From Calditrichales bacterium (GTDB taxonomy: Bacteria > Calditrichota > Calditrichia > Calditrichales > J004), in contig OZ254086.1 in assembly GCA_965267575.1 (NCBI GenBank), positions 4,608,001-4,672,000 of the forward strand: a stretch of DNA of 64,000 bases, written 5' to 3'. The translations under genes were made by a program, and so were the position numbers. The notes beneath the pieces were generated by a model. That model ran no database searches. It saw nothing but the letters and a program-made list of their open reading frames with translations, and was not told where the DNA came from. Of this stretch, positions 46,872-55,336 are shown one piece after another; positions within the stretch are counted from its first letter, which is position 1; each line of letters starts with the position of its first letter.

Positions 46872-49685
46872 ATGCACCGCGTACTATGCTTTTTATTTCT
46901 GATCGTATCCCTGGCCGCATCACAAGAGCAGCCGCTTTCCGGGCAACTGCCACTGGACAGCACCCTTCAAAAAGGCGTTCTGGACAATGGACTCACTTAT
47001 TACATCCGCCACAACGAAGAGCCGCGCGACCGCGCCGAGCTGCGCCTGGTGGTGAAGGCCGGTTCCATCCTGGAGGAAGAATCTCAAAGAGGTCTGGCCC
47101 ATTTTCTGGAGCACATGGCTTTTAATGGTACTAAAAATTTCCAGAAGCAGGAGCTGGTAAGTTTTCTGGAATCAATCGGCATGCGCTTTGGCCCGGACAT
47201 TAACGCCTACACCAGTTTTGATGAAACGGTCTACATGCTGCAGGTGCCAACCGATTCGCTGGAAATTTTGCAAACCGCTTTCCAGGTATTGGAAGACTGG
47301 GCGCATAACATCAGCCTCGATCCGGAAGAGATCGACAAGGAGCGCGGCGTGGTTATCGAAGAGTGGCGTTTAAGGCGCGGCGCCGGGGCACGTTTGCGCG
47401 ATAAGCAGTTTCCCGTTCTCTTTCACAACTCCCGCTACGCCGAGCGTCTGCCCATTGGCAAAAAGGAAATCCTGGAAAGCTTTGATTATCAAACACTGCG
47501 TGATTTTTACGAAACCTGGTACCGCCCGGAACTGATGGCCGTTGTCGCCGTGGGTGACTTCGATGAAGCGCAGATACGGGAATTTATCATCAAGCATTTC
47601 AGCAATATCAAAAGCAGGCCGCAGGCGCCGGAGCGTACGTCCTACCCCGTTCCCGGACATGACAGCACGCTCTACTCCATCGAAAGCGATCCTGAGGCGC
47701 GCTTTTCCAGCGTTTCCGTTTACAAGAAAATTGGCCTGCAGGAACAGCAGACTCACGCCGCTTACCGCCGGGGCATCGTGGAGCAGCTTTACTTCGGCAT
47801 GCTCAATAATCGCCTCAACGAGCTGACGCAAAAACCTGAACCGCCCTACCTCTACGCCTCCACCGGCAAAAGCCGTTTTAACCTGAAGCGCGGCTTCGTC
47901 ACCATGAATGTCGTCGTGCGTGATAACGGGCTGGAGAGCGGGTTCGAAGCATTGCTGGCGGAAACCGAACGCGTACGTCAGCACGGCTTTACAGCGCAGG
48001 AATTTGAGCGGGAGAAAAAGAGCATCATGCGAAGCCTGGAGCAGGCCCTGCGCGAAATGGACAAGCGCAAATCGGGCAGCTATGCCGCGGAATACATCCG
48101 CAATTTTTTGGAGGATGAACCTGTGCCCGGACTGCCCTACGAATATGATATGTACGAGCGTTTTATGCCCGGTATCGGCCTGGACGGGGTAAACGCACTG
48201 GCCGATAAATGGATCAGCGGGGACAGCCGCGTAGTGCTGGTGGCCGTGCCTGAAAAAGAGGGCCTGCAATTACCTGAAAAGGAAACATTACAGAACATCA
48301 TGCAAAAAGTGAGCGGGCAATCCTTTGCCGCCTACAGCGATGAACTGCCGGAAGGACCGCTGGCGCAGACACCGCAAAACCCTGGCAAAGTTGTCAAAAC
48401 GGAGCAGGTTGAAGAGATCGGGCTGACCATCTGGACGCTGGAAAACGGAGTGCGCGTTTATCTGAAACCAACCAATTTCAAGAATGACCAGATTCTTTTC
48501 TCCGCCTCCAGCCATGGCGGTCTGTCACTGATTTCCACCGACTCATTGGTTTCGGCGCAGGCAGCGGATGCGCTGGTGTCTCAAAGCGGTTTAGGCCCGT
48601 TCAACAATATTCAATTGCAAAAATATCTCAGCGATAAGGTGGCCGGCGTACGCCCTTATATCAGCCGCCTCAGCGAAGGATTTTCCGGCAGCGCCTCACC
48701 GCAGGATCTGGAAACACTGCTGCAGATGGTCTACGTCTACTTCAACGGCGTAGACATTGACACCACCACTTTTGCCGCCTTTATGGAACGGGTGCGCGGC
48801 ATTTACGAAAACCGCGCCGCGGACCCCGGCAGCGCCTTCCAGGACACGCTCAACACTGTAATGACGCAAAACCATCCGCGCTTCGGCAACTGGAATCTAA
48901 AGACCCTTGATAAAATCGACCGGCAGCAGGCGCAAAGGGTTTTTAATCAGCGTTTTGATGACGGTGATGATTTTACTTTTTTCATTGTGGGATCGTTAGA
49001 GCCCGATTCGATACGGGGCCTGGTGGAAATGTGGCTTGGCAGCCTGCCGGTGCAGCCTTCGTCCGAAAAATGGCTCGACAAAACCTATGATTATCCCGAT
49101 GGTATGATCCGTAAAAACGTGCATAAAGGGCTGGAGGAGAAAAGCCGCGTATCGCTCAACTTTACCGGTACAATCGAATGGAGTATGCAAAACCGCATGA
49201 CCGCTTCCTGGCTGGAAGACGTTCTGCGCATTAAGCTGCGTGAGGAATTGCGCGAGGACCGCGGCGGCACCTACGGCGTGGGAGTGAGCGTGGACCTGGC
49301 CCACTTTCCCAAAGAACGTTACCGTCTGCAGATCAGTTTTGGGAGTGAGCCGTTGCGCACAAATGAGCTTGTGGATGCCGTATTCCGCGTGGCCGATTCC
49401 ATCAGCCAATTGGGCCCCGATAAGGAAACGATGGATAAAGTGCGCGAAATTAAGCGCCGCGACCATGAAACTAATCTGCGTGAGAACGGCTATTGGCTCA
49501 ACCAGCTGGAATTTGCCTGGTTTCACGGCATTGATCCGGCCTTTGTAACAGAAATACCGCAGCGCCTTGAGGAAGTAACTGCGGAGGAGGTTCAGCAAAT
49601 GGCCCAAAAAATGATCAGCCGGGAGAAATATGTCCGTGTAGACCTGTATCCGCAGGAGCTTCCCGGCAGCACGGAAGCGCGTTAA
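46872..49685 (+). CDS. M16-family zinc peptidase (PqqL-like)
   Basis: GLAHFLEHMAFNGT (HxxEH), NAYTSFDETVY, LREDRGGTY; signal peptide. Confidence 0.93.
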   Translation: MHRVLCFLFLIVSLAASQEQPLSGQLPLDSTLQKGVLDNGLTYYIRHNEEPRDRAELRLVVKAGSILEEESQRGLAHFLEHMAFNGTKNFQKQELVSFLESIGMRFGPDINAYTSFDETVYMLQVPTDSLEILQTAFQVLEDWAHNISLDPEEIDKERGVVIEEWRLRRGAGARLRDKQFPVLFHNSRYAERLPIGKKEILESFDYQTLRDFYETWYRPELMAVVAVGDFDEAQIREFIIKHFSNIKSRPQAPERTSYPVPGHDSTLYSIESDPEARFSSVSVYKKIGLQEQQTHAAYRRGIVEQLYFGMLNNRLNELTQKPEPPYLYASTGKSRFNLKRGFVTMNVVVRDNGLESGFEALLAETERVRQHGFTAQEFEREKKSIMRSLEQALREMDKRKSGSYAAEYIRNFLEDEPVPGLPYEYDMYERFMPGIGLDGVNALADKWISGDSRVVLVAVPEKEGLQLPEKETLQNIMQKVSGQSFAAYSDELPEGPLAQTPQNPGKVVKTEQVEEIGLTIWTLENGVRVYLKPTNFKNDQILFSASSHGGLSLISTDSLVSAQAADALVSQSGLGPFNNIQLQKYLSDKVAGVRPYISRLSEGFSGSASPQDLETLLQMVYVYFNGVDIDTTTFAAFMERVRGIYENRAADPGSAFQDTLNTVMTQNHPRFGNWNLKTLDKIDRQQAQRVFNQRFDDGDDFTFFIVGSLEPDSIRGLVEMWLGSLPVQPSSEKWLDKTYDYPDGMIRKNVHKGLEEKSRVSLNFTGTIEWSMQNRMTASWLEDVLRIKLREELREDRGGTYGVGVSVDLAHFPKERYRLQISFGSEPLRTNELVDAVFRVADSISQLGPDKETMDKVREIKRRDHETNLRENGYWLNQLEFAWFHGIDPAFVTEIPQRLEEVTAEEVQQMAQKMISREKYVRVDLYPQELPGSTEAR

Positions 49686-49756
49686 AAAAGCGTATCGTAA
49701 ATTGATTGGAATGTGTCAACAGGCTAAATTATGTTCTTGCACAAAAGGGCCTTTAT

Positions 49757-50113
49757 ATGGATTACATTCGCCTTAAAAACATAATCTTTTACGCCCATCA
49801 CGGCTATTACAAGGCCGAGCGGGAACTGGGTCAGAAATTCGAGATCGACATTGAGGTGGCCTGCGACCTGAGGCAAAGCGCGGCCAGCGACGATCTGAAG
49901 GAAACGATCGATTACAGCCGTATTTATACCATGGCCCGCGAGACATTCGAACGGCATAAATTCAAGCTGATCGAAACGGTGGCCCAGAAAATGGCGGATG
50001 AAGTGTTAAAGATCGAAGGGATTAAATCTGTGTTGATACGCGTGCGCAAACCACACGTACCGATGAACGGCCTGCTGGACCACGTGGAAGTGGAGATTTT
50101 GCGGGAACGCTGA
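49757..50113 (+). CDS. folB: Dihydroneopterin aldolase
   Basis: FYAHHG..ERELGQKF, TIDY, LIE, VRKP. Confidence 0.93.
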   Translation: MDYIRLKNIIFYAHHGYYKAERELGQKFEIDIEVACDLRQSAASDDLKETIDYSRIYTMARETFERHKFKLIETVAQKMADEVLKIEGIKSVLIRVRKPHVPMNGLLDHVEVEILRER

Positions 50114-50604
50114 TGGGCAGGCGCCACACATATTTACTGGGTTTGGGCAGCAACATCGAGCCGCGCGAGGCTTATTTGTTAAAAGCGCGCAACGTCCTGC
50201 AACGCTATGGCAGAGTAGAAAAAAGTGCTTCACTTTACGAAAGCAGCGCTTACGGGGTCACGGAGCAGGCGGATTTTTTAAACAGCGCCGTTGTTTTTTC
50301 CTGCGGGTTTGGGCCGCGCCGGCTGCTGGGTACAATTAAACACACAGAAAAAGAGCTGGGCCGCGAAGTACGGCAGCGCTGGGGCCCGCGAGAAATCGAC
50401 ATCGACATTCTGGCGTGGGACGGCGGTGAATTTGAGGAAGATGGTTTGAGCGTGCCGCACAGAGAACTGGCACAGCGCCGTTTTGTGCTGGCGCCGCTGG
50501 CAGAAATAGCGCCGGACTGGACAGCAGACGGCAAAACAATGCAAGAATTATTTAAGCTTTGTCGGGATGAGGGCACAGTGCGCATCGTGAAAAAAGAATG
50601 GTAG
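50113..50604 (+). CDS. folK: 6-hydroxymethyl-7,8-dihydropterin pyrophosphokinase
   Basis: LGLGSN, FLN, RWGPREIDIDIL, VPH, RRFVLAPL. Confidence 0.95.
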   Translation: MGRRHTYLLGLGSNIEPREAYLLKARNVLQRYGRVEKSASLYESSAYGVTEQADFLNSAVVFSCGFGPRRLLGTIKHTEKELGREVRQRWGPREIDIDILAWDGGEFEEDGLSVPHRELAQRRFVLAPLAEIAPDWTADGKTMQELFKLCRDEGTVRIVKKEW

Positions 50605-51230
50605 CAAAAAGAACCGGATTTAAATATATCGCCGTGGAAGGCGTAATCGGCGCGGGCAAGACCAGCCTGGCACTTCAACTGAGCGAGTGGTATGGCGCGC
50701 ACATGGTGGAAGAGGAATTCGAGAACAATCCTTTTTTGGCTGATTTTTACAAAGACCGGCGGCGCTATGCTTTCCAAACGCAAATTTTCTTTTTGCTCAG
50801 CCGCTTCCGGCAGCAGGAGCAGTTGCGCCAGTATGATCTGTTTCAAAGCCGTATTGTCAGCGATTATATGTTTCAAAAGGACCGCATTTTTGCCACCATG
50901 AACCTTACAGACGCGGAGATGAAGCTGTACGACGGTTTGGCGCGCATCATGGAGCAGCAGATTGCGATACCGGATTTTGTCATTTATCTTCGTGCAACGA
51001 CCAAAAGACTTATGCACAACATCCGCTTGCGCAACCGCAGTTACGAACAGGACATGAGCGAGGAATATATCGATACGCTGAACACGCTTTATGATGACTA
51101 TTTCCAGCATTATAAAGACACGCCGCTGATAACCGTGCCGGCGGATGAGCTGGATTTTGTGAACAATAGTAAAGACTTTAAAAAAATAATCGACCTGATA
51201 ACCAAGCAGGTCAATACGTTATCGGCCTGA
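50598..51230 (+). CDS. Deoxynucleoside kinase
   Basis: EGVIGAGKTS, FYKD..RYAFQTQIFFL, RNRSYE. Confidence 0.92.
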   Translation: MVAKRTGFKYIAVEGVIGAGKTSLALQLSEWYGAHMVEEEFENNPFLADFYKDRRRYAFQTQIFFLLSRFRQQEQLRQYDLFQSRIVSDYMFQKDRIFATMNLTDAEMKLYDGLARIMEQQIAIPDFVIYLRATTKRLMHNIRLRNRSYEQDMSEEYIDTLNTLYDDYFQHYKDTPLITVPADELDFVNNSKDFKKIIDLITKQVNTLSA

Positions 51231-51238
51231 AACATTTT

Positions 51239-51424
51239 ATGATACGAATAATCTTATACGGAATAATTGCTTATCTGCTTTACAGACTGGTCAGACGCCT
51301 GTTTCTGCCACCGCGCGGTGGCGTTAAAGATACCCGCAACAAGCAGAATGACCGGCGCGATGAAGACGTTCAAAAACGAATGGGCGGAAAAATAGAGGAC
51401 GCCGACTTTGAAGACATCGAATGA
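51239..51424 (+). CDS. Small membrane-anchored hypothetical protein
   Basis: N-terminal TM, acidic C-terminus IEDADFEDIE, operonic position. Confidence 0.7.
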   Translation: MIRIILYGIIAYLLYRLVRRLFLPPRGGVKDTRNKQNDRRDEDVQKRMGGKIEDADFEDIE

Positions 51425-52685
51425 GGCCACTAACAGTGTAGCGCAACATGACGCGGTGTATGACGCGTCGCTGCTGCAAAAGCTGCATCATATGATGCTT
51501 GCGGTAAACGGTATAAGCCGCATGGGCAAACTGCAACAGGTGATGGCCGATAGTCTATGCGAGATTGTGCCCTGCCAGCGTTGCATCGTCTGGGTGTACA
51601 ATAAAAGGGACGGGCTGCTGCGCACGGAGATTGACGGGAAAAAGATGGAGGTGATGGCCGTAGAGAGCCTGGCCGGAATCGCCGTTGAAAACCGCGAGCG
51701 CGTAATGCTTTCCAGCCCCACGACACATGCCCTTTATAATCCCGGAACGGATGCTTTGCGCGGCGCCACCACCGGCTACCTGCTGTGTCAGCCGGCGCTC
51801 TCAGCGGAAGGCGAGGTGCTGGCCGTTCTGCAGTTGATGAATACTTCAATGCACCATTTTACGCCATCGGAATTAAAGCTGGTGGAATTGTGGGCGCCCC
51901 TTGCCGGAGGACTTTTCCGCACAATTACAAAAGCGGCGCAATACCGCGAAGCATTTGATTCCATGGTCAATCTCATTTCGCAAGTCAATGATGCCCGTGA
52001 TTACATTGCTTCGGGACATTCGCGGCGGGTAACATTATACGCGCTGGAGCTGGGGCGCCAGATGAATCTGCCGCCCGGCGAAATGGAGCAGTTACGTTAC
52101 GCCGGACTGCTGCACGATCTGGGAAAGCTTGGTATCCCGGAGCTGATCCTGTTCAAGGACAAACGTCCCAGCGATGACGAATACCAGATCATCAAAAAGC
52201 ACGCCTCAATGACAAGGCAGTTGCTTCAGCGGATACGTTTTCCCGAAACTCTTGGCAACCTGGCGGAAGTGGCATCGGCGCATCACGAACGTCTTGACGG
52301 AAAAGGCTACCCGTTGGGCCTTACCGCTGATGCGATCCCGCAAAACGCTAAAATCCTGGCCATCTGCGATGTATTTGACGCGTTGACCTCACGCCGCCCC
52401 TACCAGGACCGGCTGGCCATCAGTGAAGTGCTGGAGATTATCGATAAAGAAACCAATCACGCCTTTGAACCTTTCCTTGTTTACCACTTCAAACAGATCC
52501 CGCTTAACAGACTGATCCAGATACTGGAATTCGGCAAAAACGCCGACCTTGATGACGAGGACCTGGCCTTTTTGGGAGACTATGTGGTAAGCGACCTGCT
52601 AAATAAAGAAAAGATTAAAAGCGACGCACAGGCCCGGCTGGAAAGCACCTTTATGCGTTATTACACCCGAAAATACAGAAGTTGA
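51408..52685 (+). CDS. GAF + HD-GYP cyclic-dinucleotide phosphodiesterase
   Basis: GHSRRV, LLHDLGK, HHERLDGKGYP, DVFDALTSRRPY. Confidence 0.9.
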   Translation: MKTSNEATNSVAQHDAVYDASLLQKLHHMMLAVNGISRMGKLQQVMADSLCEIVPCQRCIVWVYNKRDGLLRTEIDGKKMEVMAVESLAGIAVENRERVMLSSPTTHALYNPGTDALRGATTGYLLCQPALSAEGEVLAVLQLMNTSMHHFTPSELKLVELWAPLAGGLFRTITKAAQYREAFDSMVNLISQVNDARDYIASGHSRRVTLYALELGRQMNLPPGEMEQLRYAGLLHDLGKLGIPELILFKDKRPSDDEYQIIKKHASMTRQLLQRIRFPETLGNLAEVASAHHERLDGKGYPLGLTADAIPQNAKILAICDVFDALTSRRPYQDRLAISEVLEIIDKETNHAFEPFLVYHFKQIPLNRLIQILEFGKNADLDDEDLAFLGDYVVSDLLNKEKIKSDAQARLESTFMRYYTRKYRS

Positions 52686-52689
52686 ATGT

Positions 52690-53331
52690 ATGGCCTTAAA
52701 AGCGAAAGTTCCCCTGTTTCCGCTGGGCGTTGTGTTACTGCCGCACCGCCCGTTGCCTCTGCATATTTTCGAAGAAAAATACAAGGAAATGATTGCCCTG
52801 TGCCAGGCGCAAAACCTGCAGTTTGGTATAATTTGTTTTGACGGCAAAAGACTGCAGGGCGCAGGCTGTATGGCCAAAATAAGCGATGTGATCAAACGCT
52901 ATGAAGACGGGCGTCTTGATATACTTACGCACGGTACACGCCGTTTTTACCTTAAAAACATAGACCAGAGCAAACCCTACCTGCAGGGTGATGTCACTTT
53001 TTTTGACGACGTGATGGAACAGTTTGACGCCAAGGATATCAAGCTGGCGCAAAAAGGTATGAAGCTTCTGGAAGACATAAACAAGCTGACCGGCCGCAAG
53101 GAAAGCTGGCCCGAAGTTAGCCTTAAAACCATCGCTGACCTCTCCTTTGTCATCGCCGGCTGCGAAGGCTTTACCATCGGCGAGAAACAGCACTTCCTTG
53201 AAATGAAATCGGCCCGCGAGCGCCTGGAAAAAAGCGTAAAAGTGATGAAAAAAATCCACCAGCGCCTGCAGCTCAAAAAAGAGATCGCCGAAACCATCCA
53301 AAGCAACGGCCACCTGCCGGAGCTCCTTTAA
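52690..53331 (+). CDS. LON peptidase substrate-binding domain protein
   Basis: PLFPL..VLLP..PLHIFE..Y, DGR, G.RRF. Confidence 0.9.
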   Translation: MALKAKVPLFPLGVVLLPHRPLPLHIFEEKYKEMIALCQAQNLQFGIICFDGKRLQGAGCMAKISDVIKRYEDGRLDILTHGTRRFYLKNIDQSKPYLQGDVTFFDDVMEQFDAKDIKLAQKGMKLLEDINKLTGRKESWPEVSLKTIADLSFVIAGCEGFTIGEKQHFLEMKSARERLEKSVKVMKKIHQRLQLKKEIAETIQSNGHLPELL

Positions 53332-53332
53332 A

Positions 53333-53364
53333 AATTTAGATTTGGGAATTTAGAATTAAGAATT
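53333..53364. repeat. Heptamer-like array at the 3' end of the four-helix-bundle gene
   Basis: aatttagatttgggaatttagaattaagaatt. Confidence 0.75.
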
Positions 53365-53734
53365 ACCCTGCAATTCGGACCTGATAGTTTTCCTGATGGT
53401 TCCTATCAGCTTCAAAAGCTCTTCACAATCTTTTAAAATTGATTCCGCTCTTTCCTTGTCTAAAAATCCTGAGTCGCGTAATAAGCGCAGCCAATAGTCA
53501 GTTTCCCGGGCCTCTTTATAGGCTATACCGATCTTCGAAAAAAAATCCTTCCTGGATTGTGCTCCAATTGCTTCTTCAATATTTGCTCCTATCGACGTCC
53601 CGCTTTTTAAGAATTGCCTGGATAAGACATACTCTTTTTGTTCATCAGCTAAGTATTTGTAAAGCTTAATGACGCGTAAAGCAAAATCATAGCTTTTATC
53701 ACGAACAGGATTTACTTTTAATAGATTTTTTCAT
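53356..53734 (-). pseudogene. Four-helix-bundle protein (23S rRNA-IVP/bAvd-like family) with an extra base in the first 8 codons
   Basis: Not in the track. Frame reads NPVRDKSYDFALRVIKLYKYL..EYVLSRQFLKSGTSIGANIEEAIGAQSRKDF..KIGIAYKEARETDYWLRLLRDS...-stop at 53356. ATG at 53734 is out of frame by one base (379 bp). Confidence 0.88.
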
Positions 53735-53765
53735 TCCCAATTCCCAATTCCCAATTCCCAATTCT
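53733..53765. repeat. (ATTCCCA)x4 heptamer array at the 5' end of the four-helix-bundle gene
   Basis: attcccaattcccaattcccaattcccaattct. Confidence 0.9.
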
Positions 53766-54994
53766 TAGGCTTTTTCCACCAATACCAGCGTTATATCGTC
53801 CGAGGCGGGGCTGTCGCCTGTGAAGGCGTGGATGTCGTCCAGCAGGGTTTGCAGGGAGGAATCGGGGTCTGCCATGTGGTTTTGCAATCGGCTCATTTCG
53901 TATTCTTCATAGGCCGCGTTCATCGCTTCATTTACACCGTCGGAGAAAAGCAGCAGACGTTCCCCGTGCTCCAGCGGCACTGTCTGTTCTGGATAATTAT
54001 CATCCTGAAAACCAAGGGGAAGGCCGGATTTCATCTTCAGGAAGCGGGCGCTATTGCCATCCATAAACAGAGGAGGCAGATGTCCGGCACTGGCATAGGT
54101 GAAGCTGTTTTTTGAGGGATCGATTACGCCGTAAATCATTGTTACGAAACGGGTCATGGGATAATCTTTTACGAGGACGCGATTGGCCTCTTTCAGTACT
54201 TCGCCGGGCGACATACCCCGCTCCGCGAAAATGCGAATAATACTGCGCGCCGATGTCATGAGCAGGGCACCGCCCATGCCTTTGCCGGCTACGTCCGCGA
54301 CTACAATAGCCAGCCGCCCGTCCTTCAGCGGAATGTAATCGAACCAGTCTCCGCCGACTTCATGGCAGGGCAGACACATGCCCTCGATGCGGAAACCGGG
54401 CAATCGCGGAGAGCGCACCGGGAACAGCGACGTCTGCATGCGCCGCGCCTCATCCAGATCGCGTGCCATGCGTTCTTTTTCCATCCGCTCGCGCTGAAAC
54501 AGCTGGGCGTTTTCGATGGCGATGGCGACGTGTCCGGCCAGCGTCTCGAGCAATTCTATGCGTTCGGGCGAAAATGCGTCCAGGTCCTGGTGTTGAAAAT
54601 TAAACACGCCAATCAGATGGTCACGCACCTTTAGCGGAATGTCCAGTTCAGAGCGTGTGGACTCGTCCGAGATCTCATAATAAGGATCTACCGATACATC
54701 CGGGGCATAATATGTTTCGCCCGTTTCCGCCACATGGCCGGTCATGCCGTATTCGCCAATCTTAAAGCGATCACCTTTGCTATGGAAATCGGCATTCCAG
54801 CCACGGGCTTCAGCAATCTCAAGCTCACGTGTTTTGCGATCGAGCAATAAAATGGCCGATCGTGAATAGCCAAAGGTGCGGGCCACGTCGCTGACCACCT
54901 CTTCCAGCAGCACATCCAGATCCAAAATGGAATTGATACGCTGAGCCACGCGCTGAAGCAAAAACAGTTCTTCTATTAAAATCTTTGTTGCCAT
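53765..54994 (-). CDS. GAF + SpoIIE/PP2C phosphatase
   Basis: GAF (GMTGHVA, SELDIPL, AIAIENA); GGDWFD, ADVAGKG, FSDGVNEA, DDITLV. Confidence 0.93.
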   Translation of the reverse strand: MATKILIEELFLLQRVAQRINSILDLDVLLEEVVSDVARTFGYSRSAILLLDRKTRELEIAEARGWNADFHSKGDRFKIGEYGMTGHVAETGETYYAPDVSVDPYYEISDESTRSELDIPLKVRDHLIGVFNFQHQDLDAFSPERIELLETLAGHVAIAIENAQLFQRERMEKERMARDLDEARRMQTSLFPVRSPRLPGFRIEGMCLPCHEVGGDWFDYIPLKDGRLAIVVADVAGKGMGGALLMTSARSIIRIFAERGMSPGEVLKEANRVLVKDYPMTRFVTMIYGVIDPSKNSFTYASAGHLPPLFMDGNSARFLKMKSGLPLGFQDDNYPEQTVPLEHGERLLLFSDGVNEAMNAAYEEYEMSRLQNHMADPDSSLQTLLDDIHAFTGDSPASDDITLVLVEKA

Positions 54995-55235
54995 TTCCTT
55001 CAATCAATCTTAAGAATTCGGAGTACAATGTCAGGCTGACTGTCGGATTTTACCGCACAGATATTAATTATCCAGCCCCAATTCCAAGTCCGTTTAAAGC
55101 TGCTAAATATAAAGGATTGGCAGGTTAAGAAATAATTTTTTTGGAAGATGAGAGCAGAAGAGAAAGGCGATTATGCCTTTCACATTTTTTTGCAAGGTGA
55201 GATTTCCAAGGGCAACGCGGACTCTTATAACACAT

Positions 55236-55254
55236 AAATGTGACGCGTATTACG
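55236..55254. promoter_or_regulatory. Degenerate CRP/FNR-like box
   Basis: AAATGTGA-CGCGTA-TTACG about 85 bp upstream of 55337. Confidence 0.35.
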
Positions 55255-55336
55255 GCAAAAAGCCTGCAAATACTTAAATCGTGCTATTCACAATTCCTCT
55301 CTCATTAAATACTTACCTAACCCCGCGAGGTGTGTT

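Noticed and set aside
47370..51110. Long minus-strand ORFs (299, 203 and 286 aa)
   Set aside because: Antisense to well-supported M16 peptidase, folK and kinase genes in GC-richer DNA.
53439..53669. 76-aa plus-strand ORF
   Set aside because: Antisense to the four-helix-bundle reading frame.
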